DNA of 64,000 nt from Histomonas meleagridis 2922-C6/04-290x (taxonomy: Eukaryota > Protista > Parabasalia), in assembly GCA_020184695.1 (NCBI GenBank), contig JAANOX010000179.1, forward strand, positions 62,001 to 126,000, given 5' to 3'. Below, in pieces: positions 12,886 through 24,132 of this stretch; the first letter of the stretch is position 1; every line of letters starts with the position of its first letter. The notes under the pieces are model-generated. The model saw only the letters and a list, made by a program, of their open reading frames with translations. It did not search any database and was not told the DNA's origin. A program made the position numbers and the translations under genes.

Positions 12886-15282
12886 TTAAACCCTTGAAAT
12901 ATCAGAGTATCCCGGGTGAGATCCCGTTTTACTCTTGATGATACTAACAACAATAATTACAACTAAAGCAACAAAAATGAGAACACCAAAGCTCGCTGCT
13001 AATATCACGGCATTAGTGTTAACTTGACATTCCATGTTCGAATCTATTTTCATGAACATTCCATTACATTTTGTGATTTTTGATAAGTTCACTGGGTCAT
13101 TATTAATTTCTTTACCAAACATCATATCTTCAACAGATGTAGCATAATATATTCCATTACCGCCAAAGTAACCGAGTGATTCATTAGCATAAAGCCTTAA
13201 ATAATCAAGACTTGGTCCCAATATACCCTTTGACGATAAAGAATAATCGTAGAACTTTTCTTGAGCAAAACGATCGTTCACGCCATTGAAAATTCCGTTT
13301 ACAACAACAACTTTTTCAGAGGGATAAGGATCTTTGATGATGCGCTTTTGATGTTGTAACACAAAATTACCAATGTCTGATATTGTTTGTACTTCGAAGA
13401 ACTTCTCATTACCTTTAATAGGGGATAGTTCTTTAATAAATTCTTCTAAGTAATCGATCATTGGATTACCATTTTCTAATAGCTTATAATTAGGTATCAT
13501 GTCATAACCATCTCCTCCACTATATAAGAAATCAGGTAAAGCTAAGACATAATACAAATCATCATCTACATCAGCTATATAATTACCATCGACATCTACA
13601 AGCTTTAAGTTAGTGATTCTTCCTTCATCATCTTGACCTTTAGATAAATCAATAGTAAATGTTATACCTGCAAAATAAGGGAATCCACTAATTTGTTCTT
13701 TTTTATATCCTCGTGTACCGAATTTAATTATATCCTTTAATTGTGTACCTTTAACTTCACAATAAGTCAACAAATTACCAAATGGTAAAATTTCTAATAA
13801 ATTCCCATATTTGATTTCACCTTTAGTTAAAGGCGCTCTAACTGTACCTGCATTAATCATAGCAACGTTAGCTTCTTTCTCTGATTTCTTTAATATTGAT
13901 GAAACTAAAAGTTTACCTAACTTTGAAGTTCCTAACATCTTTAATTCATCAATGTTCTGAGGTAAATCGATTTGTGTTTCACCTACAACAACTGCTGTAA
14001 TAGGTTCAAGTGCTTTTTCATTTTCTTTTAATAATTGTTCCATTTCTGGATCAGGTTCAACATCAACGAAATCATCGAAACTTAATAATTTTGCTTTCTT
14101 TCCAACAACTCTATTCGATTCATCGATTAATATATCAGCGATACCAACATGTTTTAAGTATGCACCTGTTTGTACTATAAGTGTTTGATAATCATTGTTC
14201 AAATGAAATGCGCCATTAAATATTTCTGTATGTGAATGTCCATCAACAATAACATCAATACCATTAAAACTTTCTGCTAATGCATTTGATGTTATATCAA
14301 GTTGTTTATATCCAAGATGACTAATTAATATAATAATGTCACATTTCTCTTCTTCGCGTAATATTTTTACGATGTTTTGTGAGATGTTAACGATGTCAGG
14401 ATCGAAATATAATGTTTCAACACTTTCTTTCTTTGTCGTTTGAGGTGTATAAGGTGTTGCCAATCCGAATAATCCGATTTTCGCACCATTAATAACTCGT
14501 GTAATATATTGTGTAAACTGAAATGGATTCGTCGCATAACTGTCTTGAACATTCGCGACTAATAATGGGATACTTGAATCAAGATATTCATAATTAGCTT
14601 TCGCTTCTTCATAGCCAAAGTCCCAAAAGTGATTACCTATAGTGAGCGCATCGTATTTCGCTTGGTTAATGGCTGTGATTCCAAAGTGTCCTTTCCCAAG
14701 ATTACAGTTGGGGTACCCCGAAATGAAATCACCGGCATCAAGGAATAAGACTTCGTAACCTTCTTCTTGAGCTTTTTGTTTTTCGTTTTTAACATATGTG
14801 ATAGCTTTTGAAAATCCAATGTATTCTTTGGCTGATGATTCACTTAAAGAACAATGGATATCATTGGTGTGAATAATGCGGATCATTTTCTTCTTCTCTG
14901 CTTTGAAGGAGCCGTGAATGAAGAGATGTCCACCATCTTCTTCGTTGATTCGAATCGAACCAATAATTTCACTAACTCCTTCCCTTGGATAAATGTGGAC
15001 ATAGCCAGTCGCAATATCGATAGTTTGAAGAATATCTGCAGATATGACATCAAATATGTTTAATGTAAGGCCATCATCAACACGAAGCGTACGAAACTGA
15101 GACGGATAATTAATAACAGCTTCGTATGTGGTGTTGATGACATATCCTTGGAAATTTTGAATTGAACATTGTGAAAAAGGTATATCTAAGACATCGATAC
15201 TGACTTCTGTTGCCGGGTTGTTCGACTGACAATAAGTGCTGAGATTAAGACTGTATATCGCAGAGAGAAGCAGATTAAACAT
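12886..15282 (-). CDS. 5'-nucleotidase/metallophosphoesterase with C-terminal TM anchor
   Basis: IIHTNDIHC, LDAGDFISG, IGNHFWDFG, IIILISHLG, IVDGHSHT, INAGTVR, LPFGN, GGDGY; N-terminal signal-like peptide; C-terminal hydrophobic helix plus short tail. Confidence 0.92.
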   Translation of the reverse strand: MFNLLLSAIYSLNLSTYCQSNNPATEVSIDVLDIPFSQCSIQNFQGYVINTTYEAVINYPSQFRTLRVDDGLTLNIFDVISADILQTIDIATGYVHIYPREGVSEIIGSIRINEEDGGHLFIHGSFKAEKKKMIRIIHTNDIHCSLSESSAKEYIGFSKAITYVKNEKQKAQEEGYEVLFLDAGDFISGYPNCNLGKGHFGITAINQAKYDALTIGNHFWDFGYEEAKANYEYLDSSIPLLVANVQDSYATNPFQFTQYITRVINGAKIGLFGLATPYTPQTTKKESVETLYFDPDIVNISQNIVKILREEEKCDIIILISHLGYKQLDITSNALAESFNGIDVIVDGHSHTEIFNGAFHLNNDYQTLIVQTGAYLKHVGIADILIDESNRVVGKKAKLLSFDDFVDVEPDPEMEQLLKENEKALEPITAVVVGETQIDLPQNIDELKMLGTSKLGKLLVSSILKKSEKEANVAMINAGTVRAPLTKGEIKYGNLLEILPFGNLLTYCEVKGTQLKDIIKFGTRGYKKEQISGFPYFAGITFTIDLSKGQDDEGRITNLKLVDVDGNYIADVDDDLYYVLALPDFLYSGGDGYDMIPNYKLLENGNPMIDYLEEFIKELSPIKGNEKFFEVQTISDIGNFVLQHQKRIIKDPYPSEKVVVVNGIFNGVNDRFAQEKFYDYSLSSKGILGPSLDYLRLYANESLGYFGGNGIYYATSVEDMMFGKEINNDPVNLSKITKCNGMFMKIDSNMECQVNTNAVILAASFGVLIFVALVVIIVVSIIKSKTGSHPGYSDISRV

Positions 15283-15806
15283 TTGTTATTCGTCTTATCG
15301 TTTTTTAAAGATTCAAAAGTTCTTTTTCTGAACCGAAAGTAACATCTTTCTGATGTTTACAAGAGTAAATTTGTTATGATGTTTCGGGGGTATCGGAATT
15401 GAAAATAAAAATTCCGAATAAAACTGAAATTTTTTCTTTGTATAATAATTAAATATGTAAATAATGAAAGATTTGGATTGAGTTTTTGCGTTTATATTAT
15501 GCTTTGTGTGATATTTGGCGAAAAAATATCGTTTCGAATTTTGTGCGGAAGTATTGTCCTTTCTGTCATTGAATCATCGAACGTCAAATTGTTTTAACGG
15601 TTTTTACTGCACTTGTTTTAAAACATTTTTCATTTATTATCTGATTTTCTTTAATAGTTATAAACATATTACAAATACAATTCAAAGTATTATTTTGCTT
15701 ATTGATTATTATGTAATTTGTTACAATGAAAATTGAAATGTGTTTCTTTCTTTTTTTAGGAAAAGTTTCCCAGAATTCGACCGTTTAAATATAGGTAATC
15801 TGAATT

Positions 15807-16226
15807 ATGACAAACAATGAACAAGATTTAGAATACTTCAAAAATAAATATGAAAATGTATTAAAAGAACATAAAGAAGCAAAGGAGAAATTGGAGGAAC
15901 AAAAAAATAAATTAAATGAAAAAATCGAAATTCATAAAAAAATTAAAAAAGAAAAAGAAACATTAGAAAAAATTGCTAGCACTAAAAACACTGATATGAA
16001 TAAAATGGATTTCGCACAAGCAAATTTAGAAAGATTAAAAATGCAAATTGAAGATCACCTTTCCACTGAAAATGAAATAAAAAATTTAACATTAAAGCAA
16101 GCAGATAAAAATTGTAAACAACAAAAAAATATCAGAAATGATATAAAATCAGAAAATTTATCATTCATAATTTCTTTTTCTATAGTTGTTCTTTCTTACA
16201 TTGCTTTCTCCAATCTCCCTCATTAA
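15807..16226 (+). CDS. Coiled-coil protein with C-terminal TM (tail-anchored-like)
   Basis: K/E-rich heptads then LSFIISFSIVVLSYIAF. Confidence 0.6.
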   Translation: MTNNEQDLEYFKNKYENVLKEHKEAKEKLEEQKNKLNEKIEIHKKIKKEKETLEKIASTKNTDMNKMDFAQANLERLKMQIEDHLSTENEIKNLTLKQADKNCKQQKNIRNDIKSENLSFIISFSIVVLSYIAFSNLPH

Positions 16227-16535
16227 TGTGTTTTGTTTTTCTATCCTTTTATATTATTCCTCAATACATAGTAACATCATTTTTTATGATGGTATCCAAA
16301 ATGTGGGGGTTTATTCTAATGGATAAGGTGTGTCAAACATATTGTTTTAATAAAATCTGATAAATTAATCAATATCTATTTACTTCTTCACACGCAGTAT
16401 TTAATAGCATAATTAGCATTTATCTAAGATAAATGCTCATTCCCAATTATTCTATATGTTATTTTTTATATGGAGAAAAAAAGTGATGATTCAATATTCT
16501 GAAAGTTTTATTTACAAAATCATAGAAACCTATCT

Positions 16536-17504
16536 TTAATCTTGTTTTTCTTCCTCTTTATCTTTTTTCTTTTCTGTTTTTGTCTGAAACCTCATTCTAA
16601 GTATGTAAGCAAACGTAAGTGAAAACACTATACCTGAAATAACCGGTGTGTTGTAAACCATTGAAAAATCCGGCGTTGGGATTCTGAGGTTTTCAGTGTT
16701 GCCATACCAAAGGTTATTTTCACTCTCGACAATAACAGCGCCAAGAACAAGTCCACGATCAGGGTTTTGAGGGTACTGGGAGTAGTGGAGGAATTGGCAT
16801 CTGTAAGGATATGTGAACGTGCAATTGTCACCTTTGACATAAAATTGATATTTTGATATTGGTTGAATGAATGTACAATTTGTTGATAATTCTTTCATGT
16901 TGATCTTACAATAATCTGGGAAGGGAAGAAAAATAGAAAGATTTTTGTGATTTGCGTTTTTGATTACTGTAGTTGAAATTCCTGTTATGTTTCCTCTAAG
17001 AGTTCTATAAACAAATGGCAAAGGCCCTTGCTCTTGAAGGGTACATTCTTTGTTGGGAAATTTGTTATGAGAAAGTAATGAAAAATTAATTGAAATGTTG
17101 GAATTAACTTTCTGTACTTCAACAGAAATAATATCATCAAGTTTGGGTATATTTTTGTTGAAAAGTGTCTGAAGTAAATTATAGCTGAAATGAATTTTTG
17201 GAGCAAAATAGTACCATTTATTTGAATATTTATATTCTCCTTCAAATGGGAAAAATTCTTGTAAAGACCTATTTTTGTCAGAAATGAAAGTCATTCCAGA
17301 AGGAGAAATTCGTCCTGTTAATGAGGGTGGCGAAAATTTACTGATCAATAAAGAACCATTTGATTTATCAAAAAACCTGCTTCCAAACTCAGATAAATCA
17401 TTTTGATTCATCACATAGGAGCATTTTTGATGGTAATAAATAAGAAGTTGAAGGAAAACCAACAAAGACAAATGGTAAACTAAATTATATAACTTTATAC
17501 TCAT
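16536..17504 (-). CDS. PIGT: GPI transamidase subunit PIG-T/Gpi16-like (short, divergent)
   Basis: TENLRIPTPDFSMVYN followed by a TM helix and KKxx-like basic tail matches the PIG-T LPTPDFSMPYNVI signature; also PLPFVYRTLRG and FLHYSQYPQNPDRGLVLGA. Confidence 0.7.
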   Translation of the reverse strand: MSIKLYNLVYHLSLLVFLQLLIYYHQKCSYVMNQNDLSEFGSRFFDKSNGSLLISKFSPPSLTGRISPSGMTFISDKNRSLQEFFPFEGEYKYSNKWYYFAPKIHFSYNLLQTLFNKNIPKLDDIISVEVQKVNSNISINFSLLSHNKFPNKECTLQEQGPLPFVYRTLRGNITGISTTVIKNANHKNLSIFLPFPDYCKINMKELSTNCTFIQPISKYQFYVKGDNCTFTYPYRCQFLHYSQYPQNPDRGLVLGAVIVESENNLWYGNTENLRIPTPDFSMVYNTPVISGIVFSLTFAYILRMRFQTKTEKKKDKEEEKQD

Positions 17505-17800
17505 ACTTTTACCATTATTTGGCCAGTGATTTTTTCATAAAATAAATCCTTATCATAAGAATATCAAATAATATTTAAATCCTCAAACTAATGTTTCCTT
17601 ATTTCCCAGCTGGTATCATGGTACTAAAAAATAATCATATTTAATTTGTTTATTTAATTTGCTTATTTTTTTCAAGTACCTTGACTAGGCATTCTCACGT
17701 ACTTTTTATTAGTGTTAATTTTGTTGCTATTAAGCTTGGTATAAAACTGGAAAAGAAAGAATAAGCAGAAAACAAAAGTAAACAAACTTTCACAAATTAA

Positions 17801-18613
17801 ATGCTTTCTGATATCTCGAAAATCAACCTTCTTGCAAATACCCTTAGATTCATCAAAGATCCTTCTGTGATTGTACTCCATGGTGCAGGTGTCTCTGTTG
17901 CAGCAGGTATACCAGACTTCCGCACACCAAACACAGGTTTTTTTTCCAAACTTCAAAAGTTCAATCTTAAAACACCAGAAGAAATATTTGATATTAATTA
18001 TTTTCGAGATAATCCAAAACCTTTTTATTTTATAGCTAGTGAGTTATTACCAGGTAAATTTAAACCAACAAAAGCACATTTCTTCTCAAAATTATTAGAT
18101 CAAAAAGATATACTTTTAAGAAATTACACTCAAAACATTGATGGGTTAGAAAGAGCTACAGGAATTAGTGAGGAAAAAATCGTCGAAGCACATGGACATT
18201 TTAGATCATCATCTTGTATAAGATGTGGTGATGAAGTTCCGAACCAAAAAGTAATTAACAGCATTAAAACAAAGACTCCTGTTTATTGTGAGTGTGGTGG
18301 TTTGGCTAAACCAGATATTGTATTTTATGGGGAAAATCTTCCATGGCGATTCTTTAGGTTGTCACAAACTGATTTTGCAAATTGCAAATGTTTAATTGTT
18401 ATTGGGACTTCGCTAAAAGTTTTTCCTTTCGCATCTTTGGTTGATTTGGTCGATAAAGATGTGCCAAGATTCCTCATCAATAATGAAAAAGTTGGTAATT
18501 TCAAGTATGATAAGAACGACTTTTACATTGGGGGAGACTGTCAAAATGCAATAGAACTCCTTGTTCATGAAATAGGGTGGGAAGATGAATTCATGAAAAT
18601 GCTTCGTATATAA
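17801..18613 (+). CDS. NAD-dependent deacetylase, sirtuin class I (Hst2/SIRT2-like)
   Basis: GAGVSVAAGIPDFR, NYTQNIDGLE, VEAHG, CxxC..CxC zinc site, KPDIVFYGE, IGTSLKVFPFA. Confidence 0.96.
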   Translation: MLSDISKINLLANTLRFIKDPSVIVLHGAGVSVAAGIPDFRTPNTGFFSKLQKFNLKTPEEIFDINYFRDNPKPFYFIASELLPGKFKPTKAHFFSKLLDQKDILLRNYTQNIDGLERATGISEEKIVEAHGHFRSSSCIRCGDEVPNQKVINSIKTKTPVYCECGGLAKPDIVFYGENLPWRFFRLSQTDFANCKCLIVIGTSLKVFPFASLVDLVDKDVPRFLINNEKVGNFKYDKNDFYIGGDCQNAIELLVHEIGWEDEFMKMLRI

Positions 18614-18804
18614 GTGAAGTGAAAGATGTTTTGACTTTTTAAATATAAAATCGATTGTTTTCTATTCATTTCGATTTATCGTTTAGAAGAATTGTTAACT
18701 TTACTTTTAATAAATGTTTTGTTCACAAAACGTTGGGAATTACATGCAACAAATGATAAAAAATAAATACCTCAACCAAAATACTTAGGATAGTTTTATT
18801 AAAT

Positions 18805-20820
18805 TCATAGTTCATTTAATTTCTTTTTAAAATAATCATCCTCTTCAAAATCTTTTGCAAAAGGATCATTTTCAATAGTAGCACTCGTAAAAGTACTACT
18901 TAATTGTTTATCATCTTCATCTATAAAACTACTAGAGCTCTCACTAACTCTTTTATATTTTGAACGGTTTATTAATAAAATAATAATTATTGTAATAATT
19001 ACTATAAAAATCGGTACAAAAACAGAAATAAATATTATATTTGTATTAGATTTATTATTTTCATTTGAGATAGAATTTAGAGGAATAAATAAATAAAAAT
19101 CAGAATAGAACAAATGTATTGAAGTATATTCTATAAAAGTATATAAATAAAATGTTGAAAAAGTTAGAATATAAATGTTAGATGAAAGTGTGTAGGAATT
19201 ATATATTGTTATATAATGTAGTGTTAATGACTGAATAATAGTTAGAGTTGATGCTAAAACTAAAGAATGTGATAAATTTTTATTGAATATAGATAAAAAT
19301 GTATTTGATTGGGGATGCGTATTTATCTGTGTAAATGTAAGACTTTTTGTAAATGTATTTGAATATGTAAATTGATTAGATTTAGTAAAAACACTTGTAG
19401 AAGTAAATGTGTTCGATTTGGTAAATATATTTGTATATGTGAATGTATTACTTTGCGAAAATGTATTCGATTGCGTAAAATCTTTGGTTGAAAGCGGCAC
19501 ACAATCGCTATATATTGTTGAAGTTATACTTAATTCACCAAATGTTACATTTTGATAAGAATCATATGTCATAACGGGTATTTTTACGTTGGGAAAAGCA
19601 TCAGATGCAACCAGAGGTGATCTTTCTCCATAAAAATATATACATTTTAAAGCGCAATTTCCAAAAGCATTGCTTTCAATTTTTTCTACATTTTTGCCAA
19701 TGCTTAATGATTTTAAAGCCAAACAAAAACAAAATGCATCATTTTTTATGATTTGGACTGAATTTGGAATTTCAATAGCTGATAATACAATACACGACTT
19801 AAATGCCATTGATCCAATTATTTTTACATTTTTCCCGACAGTTACATGATTTAGGAATAAACATGATTCAAAAGATGAAGAACCAATTGATTCAACAAAA
19901 TTAGGTATTTCTATATTTGTGATTAGACATAATGTAAATGCTTTATCACCAATTGATTTTACTGATTCAGGGAGTTCTATATTGGATAAAATTGTGCATG
20001 ATTGAAATGAAGAATTTCCAATTGTTTTAATACTATTTCCAAAATAAACAGTGGTTAAAATTGTACATGAATAAAAAGCTGAATTTCCTATAGTTTGAAT
20101 TTTATTTCCAATTGTAACACTTGATAGAACAAGACATGTAGAAAATGCCTCAGAGCCAATTGAAATAACAGAATCACCAATAATAACTGTTGTTAATATT
20201 GTCCATGATTTAAATGTTTTATCTGGTATTGCTAAAATACCATCAATATTTGCATTAATTGCTCTGTATTTATAATTAGAACATGTGAATAAATCATCTT
20301 CATTATTTATTGTTAAGGTAACTCCACTGAAGTTTTGATATGTTTGAATAAAAAAGAAATGGAAAATTATGGAGGTGAGTGGTAAAAGTTTTAAATTTTT
20401 AGTGCTTTTATATATAAATTGGAATAAAGATGATAAGGTTCTTTTTAAATCAATAAAAGAAAAAAGTGAAAATAAGATAAAAAATTTTATCACTTGACTA
20501 TTGATAACAAATATGTGCTTTAGACCAGATAAAAATCTTCGTGAAGGATTATTTAAAATATATTCATTGTTAATTTCATTAATCAATCGATTTACATTAA
20601 AACCTAAAATTAACAATTTTTTGTACAAATAGGTATAACAAGATATGCCTATATTGTTAATAATGTAAAAAGTTTCTACAATTTGATAATAATAATTGAA
20701 CTGAAAATTTGTGGAATTTTTGCCTTCAATTCGAGAATTCCATAATACAATATCAAAACCTTGTTTGCATGATAATATCAATGGCATGAAAGATATCCAT
20801 ATTTTCCAATAAAACATCAT
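18805..20820 (-). CDS. BspA-like TpLRR surface protein; true start uncertain (LRR region begins near 20330)
   Basis: About 9 TpLRR repeats (IGNSAFYSCTILTTVYFG etc.), FTxSNTF stalk, TM helix, acidic tail with NDPF motif. Confidence 0.85.
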   Translation of the reverse strand: MMFYWKIWISFMPLILSCKQGFDIVLWNSRIEGKNSTNFQFNYYYQIVETFYIINNIGISCYTYLYKKLLILGFNVNRLINEINNEYILNNPSRRFLSGLKHIFVINSQVIKFFILFSLFSFIDLKRTLSSLFQFIYKSTKNLKLLPLTSIIFHFFFIQTYQNFSGVTLTINNEDDLFTCSNYKYRAINANIDGILAIPDKTFKSWTILTTVIIGDSVISIGSEAFSTCLVLSSVTIGNKIQTIGNSAFYSCTILTTVYFGNSIKTIGNSSFQSCTILSNIELPESVKSIGDKAFTLCLITNIEIPNFVESIGSSSFESCLFLNHVTVGKNVKIIGSMAFKSCIVLSAIEIPNSVQIIKNDAFCFCLALKSLSIGKNVEKIESNAFGNCALKCIYFYGERSPLVASDAFPNVKIPVMTYDSYQNVTFGELSITSTIYSDCVPLSTKDFTQSNTFSQSNTFTYTNIFTKSNTFTSTSVFTKSNQFTYSNTFTKSLTFTQINTHPQSNTFLSIFNKNLSHSLVLASTLTIIQSLTLHYITIYNSYTLSSNIYILTFSTFYLYTFIEYTSIHLFYSDFYLFIPLNSISNENNKSNTNIIFISVFVPIFIVIITIIIILLINRSKYKRVSESSSSFIDEDDKQLSSTFTSATIENDPFAKDFEEDDYFKKKLNEL

Positions 20821-21246
20821 TAGATTTAAAGAAAAAATGAGATTAATGACTCATGACACAAAACCAAATAATTCAAATTTTATCCACAAATTGAATTTTA
20901 AGTGGGTGATAAAACAAAATTTGAAGGAAATATGCGGTTATATTTATTCAAAATTAATTTGTGAACATTATCTGGTCTTATGCAAAAATGCGTAATATGT
21001 ACTTGTTCAACTTGGTGAAATTGCATACAAAAAAGTTCAAAGTTTATATCGTTTGTTTCAATTTTATAACTAAGTTCTATATACATAAAAAATAAGTATT
21101 AGGTATTTTCTAGATTCTAGTCAAGTTGTATCTGTATATATATTGTTTGACATAATATGATATATGTAATTGAGCACAGTAGATCATAATTCATTCAATA
21201 AGTACATTTTTTTAAACACATTCCCACTAAAAGAAACCAATTAATA

Positions 21247-22100
21247 ATGGCAAATGTAACTATAAGTCATAAAGAAATTACTGAAAGTGATCATAAATCA
21301 CAACTTCACTACATTAAAATGCTTTCTAACATTCAATACATCATTTTAAATATAAGTAAAGAGAATATTAAAATATCTATTGAACAAACAATGAAACTAT
21401 TTGATTTAAATTTTCCGTATTCATATAATTTAACCAGAAAATTGAACCATCACTTTATGAAAGATGTGATTTTGTTAATCAAGAAAATGTGACATTAATT
21501 GATTATGCAGCATTTTTTTCTGCAATAAAATGTTTTAAATATTTACTTATGAATGGTGCAAATATTAATAACACAGGTAAATATGCAATTGCAGGTGATG
21601 ATATTATTAACGAAACAGCCCTTTTTGGTCATTTATATCTCGCTAAATATTTTCTTCAAAATAATCAAATTCCAAAGAATATTTTGATTATTTCTTCAGA
21701 ATCACGAACATGTTAAATATATATTAGAACAAGAAATCGATGTTAATTGCAAAAACATCTAATTTGATGTATTGAAATTTTAAAATAATATTTGGAAATT
21801 ATTTAAATTATTTATGACAGCACTTATATGTGCATCTGAAAATGGTTATACAGAAATAGTTAAAATACTTCTTGAACAAGAAGGAATTGATATTAATGCT
21901 AAAGATATTTATTTGTTTTATTTATAATTTATTTTAATAATTTTTAATTTCAAAATAATATTTGGAAATTATTTAATTTTTTTACGGCACTTGTGAATGC
22001 ATCTGAAAATGGTCATATTAAAATATTTAAATTACTTCTTGAACAGAAAAAAAATTGATGTTGATGCTAAAGGTGTTTGCTAATTTTAGTTAAAATTTAT
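21247..22100 (+). pseudogene. Internally deleted DUF3447/ankyrin gene with insert-interrupted repeats
   Basis: TLIDYAAFFSAIKCFKYLL; inserts at 21757-21813 (57 nt) and 21907-21980 (74 nt) precede TAL motifs; frameshifts. Confidence 0.7.
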
Positions 22101-22560
22101 TTATTTTAATAATTTTATAGTTCATAATAATTCAAATAAACGGTTTTTATGATTATGTATCGTCTGTGAAAAAATGACAGTATTAGTAAATTCAAATTGA
22201 CTTTTGATAGATTATAAATTCCATTAGAAAGCATTATTATTCAACAGATTGACATAGGTTGCATAAAACTCCTCTAAGTTGATCATTAAATGCATTTATT
22301 TTGCTTCTTTTATTTTTTCTTCCTTTTTCTCCCGTATACGCTATCGGAAAAAGTGCGGGTACACTAAATCCGAGTTATTTACGTGTATTTGGAAAAGAAA
22401 GTTTGCTTAAGAACCCATTGAGGAACTTGATTTTTCCAATTGATTCTTTAAACTTTTTGTGCAAATTGCTTTTGCATAGTTTATCTTTAAGAATTTATTT
22501 GTATAGTTTACTTACTTTTTATGTAATGTTATATGAAACAGAAGATAACTGGGAAAAGAA

Positions 22561-24114
22561 ATGACTGTTTCATATATCCAAATTCATTTTCCATTCAGAC
22601 TTGAAAACACAAATAACCTCCAAATCCAAGTTACCAGTAAGATGCTTGTTAGTGATCTTATTGAAGCTTCATTAAAATTTTTAGGCGATGATTTTACCTC
22701 TGATCGAGACTTATATGGAATATTTGTTAAACCATACAATTTATGGCTTCTTCCCAACCTTCTCATTTCCGAATATAGCAAGAGTTTAGCACCCCCCAGT
22801 ATTCAACCGATTTTAGAATTTCGACATAAAGATCCACGTGCAGTTAAGATCACTTTTTTAAATTTCCAAACAATTATATATTGCGATCCAATTCGTACAG
22901 TGGGGACAATTATCCAAGAAACTGTAAAACGAGTTCGCGGAAGACATATCGCAACAGCAAATTGGACCGACGAAGAAAAAGTTATATATCAAGGATATGA
23001 GCCCATTGACAAATCTAAACCAATATCAACTATCTTTACTGAGCTTAGCGATGTTCCAGTCTTAACTCTTCGCAGAGAAATTCTTCCAACGAAAACATCA
23101 ATATTTAAGGGAAACATTATCGACGCTTTAGAACGAGATAGCATCGATGGGAAGGTTCCTTTCTTCTTTAGTAAGCTTTTGGAACTCGTTGAACGCGATT
23201 GTGACACTGTCGGAGTTTATCGTAAATCTGGAGATTTCGAAGTGATCGAAAATATAATATCAAAAATAGAAGAAATTAGAGACAGAGAAGCCCTTTCAAG
23301 CTTCTTGGAGAAACAGAAAATCCATGAATTGGCGTGCGTTGTAAAACAATATCTTCGAACAATTAATGAGCCACTTTTCCCTTCTTATTTGGCTCAAGAC
23401 ATCCAGCCACTTCTAAAACAGAATAAGATTGAAACTATTAAGCTCCTGAAGGTCTTTGTTCAGGAACTTCCTGTTGCTCATATTCATTTGTTAAGAGCTT
23501 TATCTGAACATCTAAATGTTGTTGCTCAGTCACCTTCAAATCAGATGAACCTTAAGAGTTTGGCCATTTGCGTCTCACCTAATTTCGTCAGAGGAGCAGA
23601 ACAAGGAACTGCACTTCTTTCCTTTACTACAACAGTTCAGACTCTTTCGCAGCTGATATTTGAGAACTGGAGGTATATTTTCCTTGACGAACCATGTCAG
23701 CTTGAAACGCACAAAGGAAAACTAAAGCAAGACATGACACAGGACGATGTGACCGTTAAAGCAAATGAAACCGTCGTTTTTCTGAGCCAAACTGGTCAGA
23801 GCTGGACTTTTGAATTCGGCGGCAAAACATTTCAGGGCACCCCAGATATGTTTGATGTGCTTCCGCCTTGTGAAGTTACATCTTTCTCAGAATGGATTCA
23901 GATTAAGGCAGACTCAGTGCCTGCACTTAAGTATCTACAGCCTAATGATCTACAACATGTTAGATCACCAGGTGCAAAAGAAGTCCTCAAGAAAAAGATC
24001 GAAATGATCGAGGATATCGAAAGAAGAATGTATGAAATCCTCGATAGTTTTGACAATGAATCTGAGCGAAAGAGCCGTGTTATGGCACTTATGGAAGAAT
24101 TTGCGAAAATATGA
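22561..24114 (+). CDS. RhoGAP-domain protein with ubiquitin-like/RA-like N-terminus
   Basis: VPFFFSKLLELVE..GVYRKSG (arginine finger), ACVVKQYLRTINEPL, NQMNLKSLAICVSPNF. Confidence 0.9.
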   Translation: MTVSYIQIHFPFRLENTNNLQIQVTSKMLVSDLIEASLKFLGDDFTSDRDLYGIFVKPYNLWLLPNLLISEYSKSLAPPSIQPILEFRHKDPRAVKITFLNFQTIIYCDPIRTVGTIIQETVKRVRGRHIATANWTDEEKVIYQGYEPIDKSKPISTIFTELSDVPVLTLRREILPTKTSIFKGNIIDALERDSIDGKVPFFFSKLLELVERDCDTVGVYRKSGDFEVIENIISKIEEIRDREALSSFLEKQKIHELACVVKQYLRTINEPLFPSYLAQDIQPLLKQNKIETIKLLKVFVQELPVAHIHLLRALSEHLNVVAQSPSNQMNLKSLAICVSPNFVRGAEQGTALLSFTTTVQTLSQLIFENWRYIFLDEPCQLETHKGKLKQDMTQDDVTVKANETVVFLSQTGQSWTFEFGGKTFQGTPDMFDVLPPCEVTSFSEWIQIKADSVPALKYLQPNDLQHVRSPGAKEVLKKKIEMIEDIERRMYEILDSFDNESERKSRVMALMEEFAKI

Positions 24115-24132
24115 TAAATGACTAATTCGATT

